Counted from the stretch's first letter, positions 45,866 to 55,476 are shown. The stretch is DNA of 64,000 nt from Candidatus Micrarchaeota archaeon (GCA_021848065.1 JAJZNA010000016.1:49044-113043); one strand, 5' to 3'. The notes: generated by a model from the sequence alone, not told the origin. Translations and numbers: made by a program.

Positions 45866-47680
45866 CTATCCCGATTTCCTTCGTCTGGGCTTCTGCTGGG
45901 ATACGTTAACTGCCTGGGGCTGCTGTGCCTTCTGCTTCGATAACATCATCAAAAGCACGCACAGGACCAGTGCAAGAAGTATGACAACAACAATCAGGGC
46001 ACCGAGTGTCAGGCTCATTTCATATTGCAGCTGTGAAAGCTGTGCAGTAAGATTCTGTATATTATATGGGACTGTTGACGGGGAAAGGTTATTGCCGATG
46101 TATGTGTTTACGTCGCCAAGGCCCACGGATAACAGTGCAGTTGTATATGCGTTGTCAAGGTACTGCGGTGCAACTGTGCTGTTTGATACAGATGCCTCAT
46201 AGAGGTAGAACTTTGACTGCAGGGCGAATTGCTGTGGCCATATCCCGTTAGGCGCCTCTAGAGCCTTTGCTACCGTGGCATTTACTGCGCCAACGCTCGG
46301 ATACGCGTTGTTTGACCCATTATAGAAGATCTGGGCATATTTGGCCGAATACAGCGCTGCGCCATATTCGCCTGACGCATATTCCGTCCTTGACGCGTTG
46401 ATGTACAGGCCATTGCCAAGGCCTGAAAGGCTCTGCACGGCCTGCAGTGCGGCAGTTGAGACGCTTGGGTTAAGCACAGTATAATTGCCCCCCATTCCGG
46501 ATGCGGTATTGTACATCTGCCCGGCTGCAAGGCACCAAGAATAGGCAGGCGCCGCGCCCTCTAGCGTAAGAAGTACTGCGTCGCTTGTCTGCGATGCGTT
46601 TAGCTGCTGGTATGCGTTCTGAAGCGTTATCTCGGCCCATGTGACCCTTGCCTGCCCTCCGAAGACATATTCGTAGTTTGTGTTGGTGATGGGTGGAGCC
46701 TGAACAGAACTGCAGTATGCAGAGATATTGTCCAGTATTGCGATTGCATCAGGATATGTGGAATTCCTGTAATTGGAGAACATAAATGCTACTGGATATT
46801 CGTTGAATGCAAGGTCTGCAGCACTGTATAGATACCCTTTCGAGCCTATTGCCCTGTACTGATCCAATTGGCTCTGAAGCTGCGATTTTACAGGACCGAA
46901 GTCCGTGCCATTTATCGCGTTTATCTGGCTCTGTGTGAAATTGAATGTGAAGTTCATCAGGTTGCCAAATGAAGTGTAATTGCAGGAGGTGCAGTTGGGC
47001 GAAGCGGATGGGAGTCCGCTGGCGTAATAGTCTGTTGAAGGTATGCTGTAGTTGAGCAGTGTCACTGCAGGGCTGCCGAATGCAAAAGGAAGCGCCTGTG
47101 TGACGTTAGCAACCTCTATAACTGGCACCGAGTATGCCTGCTGTGAGAGGTAGTAAAGTGGATACTGGTAATTTAAAGTGCTTATTGCCGGAACTAGTAT
47201 GTAATGCGCGCGTATGCTGCTGGCAGCCTGCACCTTGTCGAATACGCCTCCGATCTGGCCCACAGTTCCGTTTGGAGATATCGTGCCAGTGACAGTGAAA
47301 TCCTGGTTTAACTGCCTATGCTCCAGGCCTCCTATCGCAAGAAGGGTCATCGCAAGGCCTGCACTAGGCCCTGAGACATTCGAACCATTGCTTTCTATCG
47401 TGTACCTGTAATTGTACCTGCTCTCGTTTATCGAGAGGCTGGAAGTTGCATACATCACTGCAGTGTCCGCAGAAGCCAACGTGTCCTGCGCTACTGTGCC
47501 GCTGCCCCCAGTGCCCACATATACTGTGCCGTTACCTGCAGTTATATTCAGCATTATTGTCGTAAGCGTGCCTTTGTCTATGCTGGAAAGGACTGCGGGC
47601 GCATGTATCGTCACGGTGTAAGCGTATGTCGCATTGATAAGGACCAGTGCAAGCAACATAGCAGCTAGAATGCTCTTCAT
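45866..47680 (-). CDS. Secreted, C-terminally anchored protein with a Lon-type (S16) protease domain
   Basis: Signal peptide MKSILAAMLLALVLINATYA. SGPSAGLAMTLLAI...TGTISPNGTVGQIGGVFDKVQAA is the Lon_C Ser-Lys dyad context. More than 20 N-x-S/T sequons by eye. C-terminal TM LGALIVVVILLALVLCVLLMML. Confidence 0.65.
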   Translation of the reverse strand: MKSILAAMLLALVLINATYAYTVTIHAPAVLSSIDKGTLTTIMLNITAGNGTVYVGTGGSGTVAQDTLASADTAVMYATSSLSINESRYNYRYTIESNGSNVSGPSAGLAMTLLAIGGLEHRQLNQDFTVTGTISPNGTVGQIGGVFDKVQAASSIRAHYILVPAISTLNYQYPLYYLSQQAYSVPVIEVANVTQALPFAFGSPAVTLLNYSIPSTDYYASGLPSASPNCTSCNYTSFGNLMNFTFNFTQSQINAINGTDFGPVKSQLQSQLDQYRAIGSKGYLYSAADLAFNEYPVAFMFSNYRNSTYPDAIAILDNISAYCSSVQAPPITNTNYEYVFGGQARVTWAEITLQNAYQQLNASQTSDAVLLTLEGAAPAYSWCLAAGQMYNTASGMGGNYTVLNPSVSTAALQAVQSLSGLGNGLYINASRTEYASGEYGAALYSAKYAQIFYNGSNNAYPSVGAVNATVAKALEAPNGIWPQQFALQSKFYLYEASVSNSTVAPQYLDNAYTTALLSVGLGDVNTYIGNNLSPSTVPYNIQNLTAQLSQLQYEMSLTLGALIVVVILLALVLCVLLMMLSKQKAQQPQAVNVSQQKPRRRKSG

Positions 47681-47731
47681 GATAAGTATCTTACAAGAAA
47701 AGCTTAAATCTGTTGTTGAATGTTTAGGCAG

Positions 47732-48982
47732 CTAAAACTCGTTTATCCTCGATTGCTTTCCGTGTGCCTTCTTGGCCTTGGCCTGGTTAAGAACATCCAC
47801 TATGCCAAATACGCCATCATATCCCGGCACCAGATTGACGCGTTCGTCACGCATGGCATCTATGGCGCTTCCCAGCTTCCTGTCCATGCTGCCCAGTGTA
47901 TCGACATCGCACTTAAGCAGCACATCGAATTCCGTGCCAAAATTTGAGAGGAGCTCCTGATAGGTCCTCTTTACGTAAGGCGAAAGGACATTCTTGCCCA
48001 TAACTTGTGCGATTATCTCCTGCAAAGGTATAGCGTGTATGTATGGCACCGCGCCCTTTGGGCGGTACCCCTCTTCCCTGTCTGCAAGTGCATTCACCCT
48101 ATGGAGAACGCCTATGGTAAGCCTCCTGGCGCATTTAGGGCACCTGTCGCCATACTTTGCAGACTCTTCGGGAGACAAGGATACATTGCAGTTCCTGTGC
48201 CCATCGAAATGATACTTGCCCTCTTCAGGATAGAACTCTACGGTCAGCTTCATTTCCTTTTCAACTATCTTGCGCACCAATTCGCCGTACGCAGGTTTTT
48301 CCATATCCATGACTACTGCCTCACGGCCTATCTTGGGCAGCGAGTGTGCATCGCTTCCGGATATTAATGAATACTTATCCAAGGATGAAACTCTCCAGTT
48401 CATTCCAGGATCACTGGAAAGCCCAGTCTCCAGTGCACGTATCTTTCCCGCCTGGTCTTCATACGCATCCGAGATGGAATCGAAACCTGAGAATGCGCCC
48501 AGAACCCCGAACCACGGCGTCCATGCGTGGGCAGGGAATATGAACGTGTCTCTGCTGACACCACTTGCAATCTCCACCAAGGCCGCCGGGCTGAGATTGA
48601 GCGCGGGCCTTCCGTCGCTGGACAGGTCCCCGAATTTTGATAGCTCATGGCCAATGTGTTCTGCGGCTTCGAGGTCTGGCGCGAATATGCAATGGTGTAT
48701 CTTTCTTGACTTGCCGCTCCTGTCCTCGAATATTGTGCATACCTCGCTGCTGAGTACAAACGCAGTGCCTCCCTGCGAATCCTTGAGGTAGTGCATCCCG
48801 TCTCGCTCTACAAGCTTTGATTTGAGTTCCTTAAGCCATAGGGGGTGGGTGAAATCCCCGGTGCCCATTATGCCTATTCCTTTTGCCTTTGCAGTGGAAT
48901 CCATGTTTTCTAGGGTTAGCTGTTCGCTGCACGCCATGGCATATTTAGAGTGTATGTGAAGGTCTGCTATGTACTCCATCAT
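47732..48982 (-). CDS. Endonuclease Q-like PHP-domain nuclease (TIGR00375-like)
   Basis: ADLHIHSKYAMACS...GIMGTGDFTHPLW is the PHP N-terminus as in EndoQ. DGHRNC...CPKCARRLTIGVLHR is the Zn-finger region. 416 aa. Confidence 0.7.
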   Translation of the reverse strand: MMEYIADLHIHSKYAMACSEQLTLENMDSTAKAKGIGIMGTGDFTHPLWLKELKSKLVERDGMHYLKDSQGGTAFVLSSEVCTIFEDRSGKSRKIHHCIFAPDLEAAEHIGHELSKFGDLSSDGRPALNLSPAALVEIASGVSRDTFIFPAHAWTPWFGVLGAFSGFDSISDAYEDQAGKIRALETGLSSDPGMNWRVSSLDKYSLISGSDAHSLPKIGREAVVMDMEKPAYGELVRKIVEKEMKLTVEFYPEEGKYHFDGHRNCNVSLSPEESAKYGDRCPKCARRLTIGVLHRVNALADREEGYRPKGAVPYIHAIPLQEIIAQVMGKNVLSPYVKRTYQELLSNFGTEFDVLLKCDVDTLGSMDRKLGSAIDAMRDERVNLVPGYDGVFGIVDVLNQAKAKKAHGKQSRINEF

Positions 48983-49374
48983 TTCACCTTAGGGGAAAAA
49001 TCAAGCTGGTATTCAGGTATTCCAACCAGCATCCCGTACCTTTTTACAACCGTGTATCCCTTTGGGTTTGACCTGTCGATCCTGAATACCTTTCCGTGAA
49101 ATATGACGTAATGGGTCTTCCCATTCTTGTAATCGGCATACCAGGCATTTCCATGCGCAACAGTTATCTCCTTGCTAAGCAGCATGGCGTCGGCTTGCGC
49201 GTCGGCATCAGGGACTTCTACAGTATCCAGCGTCCACTTCTTTAGCCATGGCGTACGGTGCCTTTCAGTAACTTCTTCTACCTTCGTTTCAAGTATCCTG
49301 AATCTCTTGAGGATGCCTTTATCTACAAGGCTTTCCTCGATTATAATGCCAGTGTACACATGACGCACCTTCAT
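48979..49374 (-). CDS. Hypothetical protein embedded between nth and endoQ
   Basis: 131-aa ORF with 4-nt overlaps to both neighbours (49371-49374 and 48979-48982). No motif recognised. Confidence 0.55.
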   Translation of the reverse strand: MKVRHVYTGIIIEESLVDKGILKRFRILETKVEEVTERHRTPWLKKWTLDTVEVPDADAQADAMLLSKEITVAHGNAWYADYKNGKTHYVIFHGKVFRIDRSNPKGYTVVKRYGMLVGIPEYQLDFSPKVK

Positions 49375-50030
49375 GCATGCTTGGATACGCCATTCTTAGG
49401 GCAGATTTCCTTTATTATGCACTTGCTGCAGATGGGAACCTGGGACTGGCACACTGCTTTTCCATGGTTCTTCAGGACATATGCGAAAGCCTTCCAATAC
49501 TTCCTGTCCACGATCTTGGAAAGATCACTTTCTATCTCTTCAGGGTCGTCTGATGGGCTGAGCCCAATCCTTTTTGACAGCTTGATTACCCAGGTGTCCA
49601 CAGGTATGCCCTCCACTATGCCATATGCATTTATCAAGACAGTGTTGGCAGTCTTTCTCCCTACCCCAGGTAGTGACGTGAGCCCCTCCATTGTGCGTGG
49701 GATACTTCCACCGAAATCGCCCTCTATCTTCTTGCACGCCTTTACTATGTTCTTAGACTTGTTGCCGGCAAAGCTGACCTTTCTTATTATCTCCTCTATG
49801 TCCTCCTCTTTTGCGCCGGCGTAATCCTTGACAGTCTTGTATCTCTTGAAAAGGGACGGTGTAACTGAATTCACGACTTCGTCCCTTGTCTGGGCAGAGA
49901 TTATAGCAGCCACAAGGAGGTCTATGTCAGTATCGAAGTTGAGGTAGTAATGCGCATTCTTGTATGCGCTAACAAGTGCAGATATGGCCTTCCTGGCATC
50001 TGCTTCCGTTAGGCTTTTGAAGGCAGGCAT
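49371..50030 (-). CDS. nth: Endonuclease III (HhH-GPD DNA glycosylase/AP lyase)
   Basis: LTSLPGVGRKTANTVL is the HhH-GPD motif. CQSQVPICSKCIIKEICP is the 4Fe-4S cluster loop. Confidence 0.9.
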   Translation of the reverse strand: MPAFKSLTEADARKAISALVSAYKNAHYYLNFDTDIDLLVAAIISAQTRDEVVNSVTPSLFKRYKTVKDYAGAKEEDIEEIIRKVSFAGNKSKNIVKACKKIEGDFGGSIPRTMEGLTSLPGVGRKTANTVLINAYGIVEGIPVDTWVIKLSKRIGLSPSDDPEEIESDLSKIVDRKYWKAFAYVLKNHGKAVCQSQVPICSKCIIKEICPKNGVSKHA

Positions 50031-50033
50031 GAG

Positions 50034-50522
50034 TCATTTCACCTTATACCCTAGGTCCCTGACAAGCTTCATGCGAGTCTCCCTGTCCTTGGCAGTCTCA
50101 GTCGCCTTGGGCTTAGCGCCATCTACTATCCCCAGCACACTTATCCCTTGATCTGTCTCGGTTGTTATGACCTGAACCGGATTGGCTGTTGAACAATATA
50201 TGGAAACCACTTCGGGAACCCCTTTAACGGCATTATTCACATTGATTGGATACGCACCTGTGAAAAATATCACGAAAGTGTGTCCGGCGCCTATCTTTGC
50301 GGCGTTCAATTCCGCTTCCTGTCTGAGCTTGTCTTCGTTGCCCTCACTTCGCACTATGCACGCGCCGCTTGCCTCCACAAAACCTATGCCGAACTTTATG
50401 CCAGGTGCAGATGACACCATGGCCTCGTATAGATCCTCGACGGTCTTTATGAAACCGGCATGGCCTATTATGACCTGAATCTCCGCGAGCTTTTCTATCT
50501 GAACTATCCTGAGGTCTGCCAT
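50034..50522 (-). CDS. PF04008-like protein (adenosine-specific kinase family, PAE2307-like)
   Basis: 162-aa ORF. IIGHAGFIKTVEDLYEAM...GIGFVEASG...AGHTFVIF match my recollection of this archaeal family. Confidence 0.55.
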   Translation of the reverse strand: MADLRIVQIEKLAEIQVIIGHAGFIKTVEDLYEAMVSSAPGIKFGIGFVEASGACIVRSEGNEDKLRQEAELNAAKIGAGHTFVIFFTGAYPINVNNAVKGVPEVVSIYCSTANPVQVITTETDQGISVLGIVDGAKPKATETAKDRETRMKLVRDLGYKVK

Positions 50523-50526
50523 GCTA

Positions 50527-51822
50527 TCACGGCTTTAGTCTGACGCGGTCTCTTGGAAAGAGCGCGCACTCGCGGATGTTGTTCATGCCTGTTAGCTTCA
50601 TGGCAAAACGCTCCAGGCCTATGCTCCATCCGGCATGCGGTGGGGCCCCCTGCTTGAAGGCGTTTATGTAGAAATCGAAGTTTGACGGATCCAGATTGCG
50701 GCTCCTTATCGAGCTCTCGAGAAGTGACGGGAGGTGGATACGCTGTGCACCGCTGGATATCTCTATGCCCTTGTATATCAGGTCGTAGCTGTTTGAAAGC
50801 AGCGGGTCTGCATCATTAGGCATGCTGTAGAATGCCCTTATGGCTGCGGGGTACTCCTTCACCACCACGACATCCCCGAAGATGCTGGAAATAGCCGCCT
50901 CATGCTCCCTGCTGAAATCCTCCCCGAATTCCATCTTCACGCCATTCTCATTGAGCTTTTCAACTGCTTTCTTGTATGTGACTTCAGTAATCTTCTGGTC
51001 CTTAAGCTCAACGCCAAGCCTCCTAAGGTCCTCAGGATTCTCCTTTATTACAGCCTTGATCATCCCCTTGACCACCTTCTTAAGCTCCATTATGGCGTCA
51101 TTGTGATTGGCAAATCCAATCTCTGCGTCCATCTGGGTTATCTCATTGAGATGGAAGATCGTGTTGTGCTTCTCTGCCCTGAAAACAGGAGTCACCATGA
51201 ATACCCTGTCCATGCCGCCTATGACTGCAAGCTGCTTGTAGAGCTGTGGCGATTGCGCCAGATAAGCCTCCTTTTCGAAGTACTTGACCTGGAAGAGGTC
51301 CGAGCCGCCTTCAGTCGCGGCTTCGACAAGCGAGGGGGTGCGTATCTCTTCGAAGCCGTCCTTGGATAATACAGACCTGAACGCGCCTAGCATGGTGGAC
51401 TCTATATTGAATATCGAAGTTGTCTCAAGCCTCCTGAGATCTATATACCTGTAGTCCAGCCTGACATCTATCTCTGCAGGCACCTTCCCAGTCACTTCGA
51501 AAGGTATGTTGGATTGCAGCGGGTTTATGTCCTTGACTTCAAAAGGGACTATCTCAAAGCCCACTTTAGCTTGGGGATTCTTCTTTACGGTTCCCTTAAC
51601 CTGTATCACGCTCTCCTTTGGCAGGTTCATGGACTTGATTATGTCATCGCTGACAACGCCTTCCTTGCCTATCACCTGCACTATGCCAGTATGGTCACGC
51701 AGCAGTATGAATACTATCTTACCTATGTTCCTTACTTCGTGCACCCAGCCGGCCAGGACTACCTCTTTCCCATCCATCTCCGGAGTTACATCTTTCACAT
51801 AATGGGTCCTGTAAGTGGTCAA
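50527..51822 (-). CDS. aspS: Aspartyl-tRNA synthetase (archaeal/eukaryal type)
   Basis: 431-aa ORF with an OB-fold N-terminus (VVLAGWVHEVRNIGKIVFILLRD). Class II motifs FRAE, QSPQLYKQ and GAPPHAGWSIGLERF. Confidence 0.93.
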   Translation of the reverse strand: MTTYRTHYVKDVTPEMDGKEVVLAGWVHEVRNIGKIVFILLRDHTGIVQVIGKEGVVSDDIIKSMNLPKESVIQVKGTVKKNPQAKVGFEIVPFEVKDINPLQSNIPFEVTGKVPAEIDVRLDYRYIDLRRLETTSIFNIESTMLGAFRSVLSKDGFEEIRTPSLVEAATEGGSDLFQVKYFEKEAYLAQSPQLYKQLAVIGGMDRVFMVTPVFRAEKHNTIFHLNEITQMDAEIGFANHNDAIMELKKVVKGMIKAVIKENPEDLRRLGVELKDQKITEVTYKKAVEKLNENGVKMEFGEDFSREHEAAISSIFGDVVVVKEYPAAIRAFYSMPNDADPLLSNSYDLIYKGIEISSGAQRIHLPSLLESSIRSRNLDPSNFDFYINAFKQGAPPHAGWSIGLERFAMKLTGMNNIRECALFPRDRVRLKP

Positions 51823-51949
51823 CAGAAAAACACCGATTATAATTGTCCTGTAAAGGTTTTAAACCTGCACGGATTGCACGTAGATCTATACGATCCGATC
51901 ATCAGTTAAGGCAATCTGGAATGTATTTAAGGGTGCAGAGCAGCATATA

Positions 51950-52315
51950 TTGGGTAAGATGGCAAAGGTAGCTGACCTGATGGACAGTCACGTGGTAGGG
52001 GTATCTGTTGGCACGGCTATAGGATCAGCCAGGAAGCTAATGGCAGCAATGCACGTGGGGCTTATGCCCGTTGTAGATAACGGGGTGCTGAAAGGAATAG
52101 TGATTAGCAGTGACCTTGAGAGCATGGATGCCATGGAGAGCGTGCGTTCGGTAATGAGAAGGCCGGTGTTCATGCAGGCGGATGACGATGCCGAAGCGGC
52201 AGTGGCAAAGATGGTTGAGAACTCACTTGAAAGGCTTCCGGTAGTGAACAGCCGAATCGGTATGAAGTGCGTTGGCACTATAAGCGCAACTGACCTTGTC
52301 AGGCATGTAAAATAA
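51950..52315 (+). CDS. CBS-pair domain protein
   Basis: 121-aa ORF with two CBS-like repeats (GLMPVVDNGVLKGIVISSDL and LERLPVVNSRIGMKCVGTISATDL). Confidence 0.8.
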   Translation: MGKMAKVADLMDSHVVGVSVGTAIGSARKLMAAMHVGLMPVVDNGVLKGIVISSDLESMDAMESVRSVMRRPVFMQADDDAEAAVAKMVENSLERLPVVNSRIGMKCVGTISATDLVRHVK

Positions 52316-52367
52316 AGAGAAAAATAAGGAAAAGAAGTAAAAAAGAGAATTAAAGAGAACCCTGGCC
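52316..52367 (-). terminator. Polypyrimidine/oligo-T terminator region after albA
   Basis: Minus strand reads TTCTCTTTAATTCTCTTTTTTACTTCTTTTCCTTATTTTTCTCTTTATTTT immediately after the Alba stop. The plus strand is a ~50-nt polypurine tract. Confidence 0.45.
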
Positions 52368-52685
52368 TTACCTGGCAAGGGTTATCTCTATTGAGCTTAC
52401 TTTCGACTTTGTGCCATCCTCGTTTGAGATCTCCTCGGACCCAATCGCGATGTTGTTAACCTTTACATCGGTAACAAACCTGTTACGTGATATCTCGGCC
52501 ACATCAACAGCTCTGGATATGGAGTTTCCCCTTGCCCTTATCTTCACGCTCTTTACGCCGTTATTAAACTGCGTAACTACAGCAAGAACGTAGTTCATTG
52601 GGGGCTTCTTTCCCACCAACACAACATTCTCAGGTATTGCGCTCTCAGACCTTTCTGCTTCCTCTCCTGCGTATTGTTCTGCCAT
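52368..52685 (-). CDS. albA: DNA/RNA-binding protein Alba
   Basis: [24 protein letters not shown]...[19 protein letters not shown] is the Alba signature. There is a ~15-aa acidic N-terminal extension. Confidence 0.9.
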   Translation of the reverse strand: MAEQYAGEEAERSESAIPENVVLVGKKPPMNYVLAVVTQFNNGVKSVKIRARGNSISRAVDVAEISRNRFVTDVKVNNIAIGSEEISNEDGTKSKVSSIEITLAR

Positions 52686-52920
52686 TTTATCACTTTTTAA
52701 GCATGCTTACGTCTCATTAACACTGGCGTACGTATACCACGAATAGATTGGTCTGGGTGCTTATTTAAATGTTTTTGTCAATTTTCAGGCATCTCCAGAG
52801 GCGCTATAGTGATCTGGCGTGAAGTTTAGGCGCCTGTTTTGCAACCTTGGGCGTAGTCCGATGCGATGTAGTCGAAGCTGAGAGACCCTGGTTTTTAACT
52901 TATAACGGCAATAGGTTAGC

Positions 52921-54243
52921 ATGAGGGACAGGATCCTGCAAGGCATAGAGTTTGCAGTGCTGGCGTTGATAGTGGCATATGACATTAGGATGATAGCCAT
53001 TTATGGGACGTCGTGGGACAACATAGCCGCGTACTTCAATAGCCTCACCATGATTGGACAGTCAACCTACTACGAGATACTAAGGGAGCCGCTCATACAG
53101 CTCCTGATTGCACCAGTGGCAGTCTTTATCAAAAATATCGCAGAAGCCATAGGGATAGTTACCGTATCGCTATCATTTGCCTTCTTTTTTGCAATAAAAA
53201 AACTTGCCAGATCCCTCGGAATATCGAGGATGAGCGCATATGCGATATCCTTGTCAGGCATTGTGATAGGATACATGTCAATCCTGAATGCCACAGATAT
53301 CCTTGGTGCAATAACGGTGATCCTTGCCCTTGCATATTATTACGAAGGCAAATACACCGAGAGCAGTATCCTGTTCGGGTTGTCTTTTCTCGCAAAATTC
53401 ACCAACTTAATATTCCTGTTTTACCTCCCGTTCATCTTCAGAGGGAGGGGGTTTTTGAAAAGCCTTGGAATGATCCTTGCAATAAATGCGCCGTGGTTCG
53501 CCGCAAACTATATGCTGTATGGAAACCCGTTTTATGGATACCTGCTGGCAAACAAGGTATTCTCTTCCGCGCACACGTTTACATACTCGCAGTTCCTTAG
53601 TGCAGTGCAGTCTTTTTTTGTGCTCACATACCCCTTCATCATAGCTTTTGCCGCAATCCTTATTGCATTGTTTATGACTCGCAAATCCCCCGGCATGAAG
53701 AAATTTAAGAACGGGGTGGGTGTGCGGGATTACGCTCTGCTGGCAATAGCCCTGGTCGAGTATGTATATGTTGGCAGCGCACAGGGATTTGTGGCGTGGC
53801 TGGGCTATCCGCTTTACATTGCATTTCTTGTAATCACCCTGAAGGTTCTGGCAGGATTTGAAAATGAGCATGGCGCAGTGCTGGCTGCCAACAGTGCCGC
53901 AGTTGTTGCAGCTCTTGCAATGATATCCCTCTCCCTGATCCATTCCTCGATGTTTTATGTTGGATTTTCTAAACAGCCGACACTATGGTTTTCAAATAAC
54001 CAGAATTATCCCTTGGCCTTAAACTATAGCTATCGCCTGGGCTGTGAGGACATATACTCAAATGCATGGCCTTACCTGATGGCATATGACGCGCATGTAA
54101 ATTCGGTGTTCCTCCCAAACATACCAGCGCAATCGTGCGTAATATTATTCAACACAACCAAGGTTGGGAGCGAAGTGAACTTGACAGGGAGCTATGGCAC
54201 CATCTTTTCTTCTACCAATTTCTCCATCGTCAGGAAGGATTAA
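52921..54243 (+). CDS. Polytopic membrane protein, GT-C glycosyltransferase-like
   Basis: 440-aa ORF with ~10 TM segments and a C-terminal soluble part carrying sequons (NYS, NTT, NLT, NFS). The architecture is like GT-C enzymes, with no sharp motif. Confidence 0.4.
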   Translation: MRDRILQGIEFAVLALIVAYDIRMIAIYGTSWDNIAAYFNSLTMIGQSTYYEILREPLIQLLIAPVAVFIKNIAEAIGIVTVSLSFAFFFAIKKLARSLGISRMSAYAISLSGIVIGYMSILNATDILGAITVILALAYYYEGKYTESSILFGLSFLAKFTNLIFLFYLPFIFRGRGFLKSLGMILAINAPWFAANYMLYGNPFYGYLLANKVFSSAHTFTYSQFLSAVQSFFVLTYPFIIAFAAILIALFMTRKSPGMKKFKNGVGVRDYALLAIALVEYVYVGSAQGFVAWLGYPLYIAFLVITLKVLAGFENEHGAVLAANSAAVVAALAMISLSLIHSSMFYVGFSKQPTLWFSNNQNYPLALNYSYRLGCEDIYSNAWPYLMAYDAHVNSVFLPNIPAQSCVILFNTTKVGSEVNLTGSYGTIFSSTNFSIVRKD

Positions 54244-54448
54244 TAATGTGCCGTGGACAAGGTCCAGGTACCTGTGCATATCGTTTTAGCCCGACACGAA
54301 GGACTTTGAATGCACACAGCTACAAATCATGAAATTAACACTGTGAGCAGGAAATCCCTCACGCTTTAGGGCGTATGTGTGCCGGATTATTGCATATACA
54401 AAATACGCTTGAAGAAATGCGGAAGGAAGCCAAAAGCCCTGACAAGGC

Positions 54449-55116
54449 ATGAAATTGAGGGATATTATGTCCGCAAAAAGGAAATATCCCGGTATTGATG
54501 CCATTTCTATAGAAAAAATATTGAGAAGTAAAGGCATATCCACATCGCATAATAGAATACATCAATATTTCAAGGCAAATGCACTCGCGAATACGGAACC
54601 GAAGAAGGGCAGGAGGAGAAAGTACGTAAGATACGAAAGGCATTACAGCAACAGTTTAGGGCATACTGACGTGCACGAAACAAAACTCGAAAACCACATA
54701 ACATTCCTGGACGATTACTCCAGGTTCATCGTGTCTTACGGGATTTACAGAAATGCAACTACAAACAATTCACTGAAGGCGTATTTCGAAGCCATTGACA
54801 AGTAGGGGATTCCAAAACAGTTGATGTCAGACCATGGAACCCAATTTTGCAAGGATCCAGACTATAATTACAAATTTAGGAATGGAATAGAAAAGAAGGG
54901 GGCACAGCAATACTTGCAAGGGTAAAAACCCTCCAAAGTAACGGAAAAATGGAAAGGTTCTTTTACGCTTTCGAGAGGCTCATGAAGTACTTTGATGGCG
55001 TAGACAAAGCAGTGGAATATTACAATTTTCAAAAGGTCACACATGTCCCTTGAACGCAAGGCAAATCCATAACGCCGTATGAGGCATTCATACTCAGAAA
55101 TAAGGCATTCAGGTGA
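54449..55116 (+). pseudogene. Decayed IS transposase (rve/DDE integrase-core type)
   Basis: The frame from 54449 gives ...YERHYSNSLGHTDVHE...ITFLDDYSRFIV..., then an in-frame TAG at 54803, then GIPKQLMSDHGTQF. After a frameshift it reads ILARVKTLQSNGKMERFFYAFE...YYNFQKVTH. After another stop and shift it reads ITPYEAFILRNK. Shifted N-terminal fragments are also present at 54330-54448. Confidence 0.75.
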
Positions 55117-55236
55117 GGTTATTAAATGAAAATGCGCAAACAATATTGTCGAGAGGAAGTTAATTCAGGACAATACAGTCTTGCCCATAAAAATGGACAT
55201 ATATATAGGAGAAGCAGGCAGATATAAACCGGTACG

Positions 55237-55476
55237 ATGTCAATATCTTCAGCTCATATAGCAAAGATCAAGAGGATAAAGGGGGTTGCTAAGCTAGTGA
55301 GCGAAATCCGCGATAGGCAGGATAATGGTCATTATGATTTTATGAGCTCCGAAGGTAAGGCCAGATTATGGAGTAAGTTGAATGAATATGAGAATTATGC
55401 CAAAACTGTGCACTCCGGAAAGAAACTCAGGGCAATGGAAGTGGAATTGCAAGTTCTTCTCGGCAGCACATACTGA
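55237..55476 (+). CDS. Hypothetical protein
   Basis: 79-aa ORF next to the IS remnant. No motif recognised. Confidence 0.3.
   Translation: MSISSAHIAKIKRIKGVAKLVSEIRDRQDNGHYDFMSSEGKARLWSKLNEYENYAKTVHSGKKLRAMEVELQVLLGSTY

Noticed and set aside
52700-52920. GC-richer ~110-nt stretch between albA and the GT-C-like gene (track ORF 52785..53000, minus strand), examined as a possible tRNA, C/D-box or other ncRNA.
   Set aside because: I could not fold a T-loop, a C/D box pair or a convincing cloverleaf by eye. The 71-aa ORF has no support. Left unannotated; an Rfam scan would settle it.
54803-54805. In-frame TAG inside the transposase reading frame, considered as possible read-through or pyrrolysine.
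   Set aside because: Additional frameshifts and stops occur downstream, and shifted N-terminal fragments lie upstream. This shows plain pseudogenisation.
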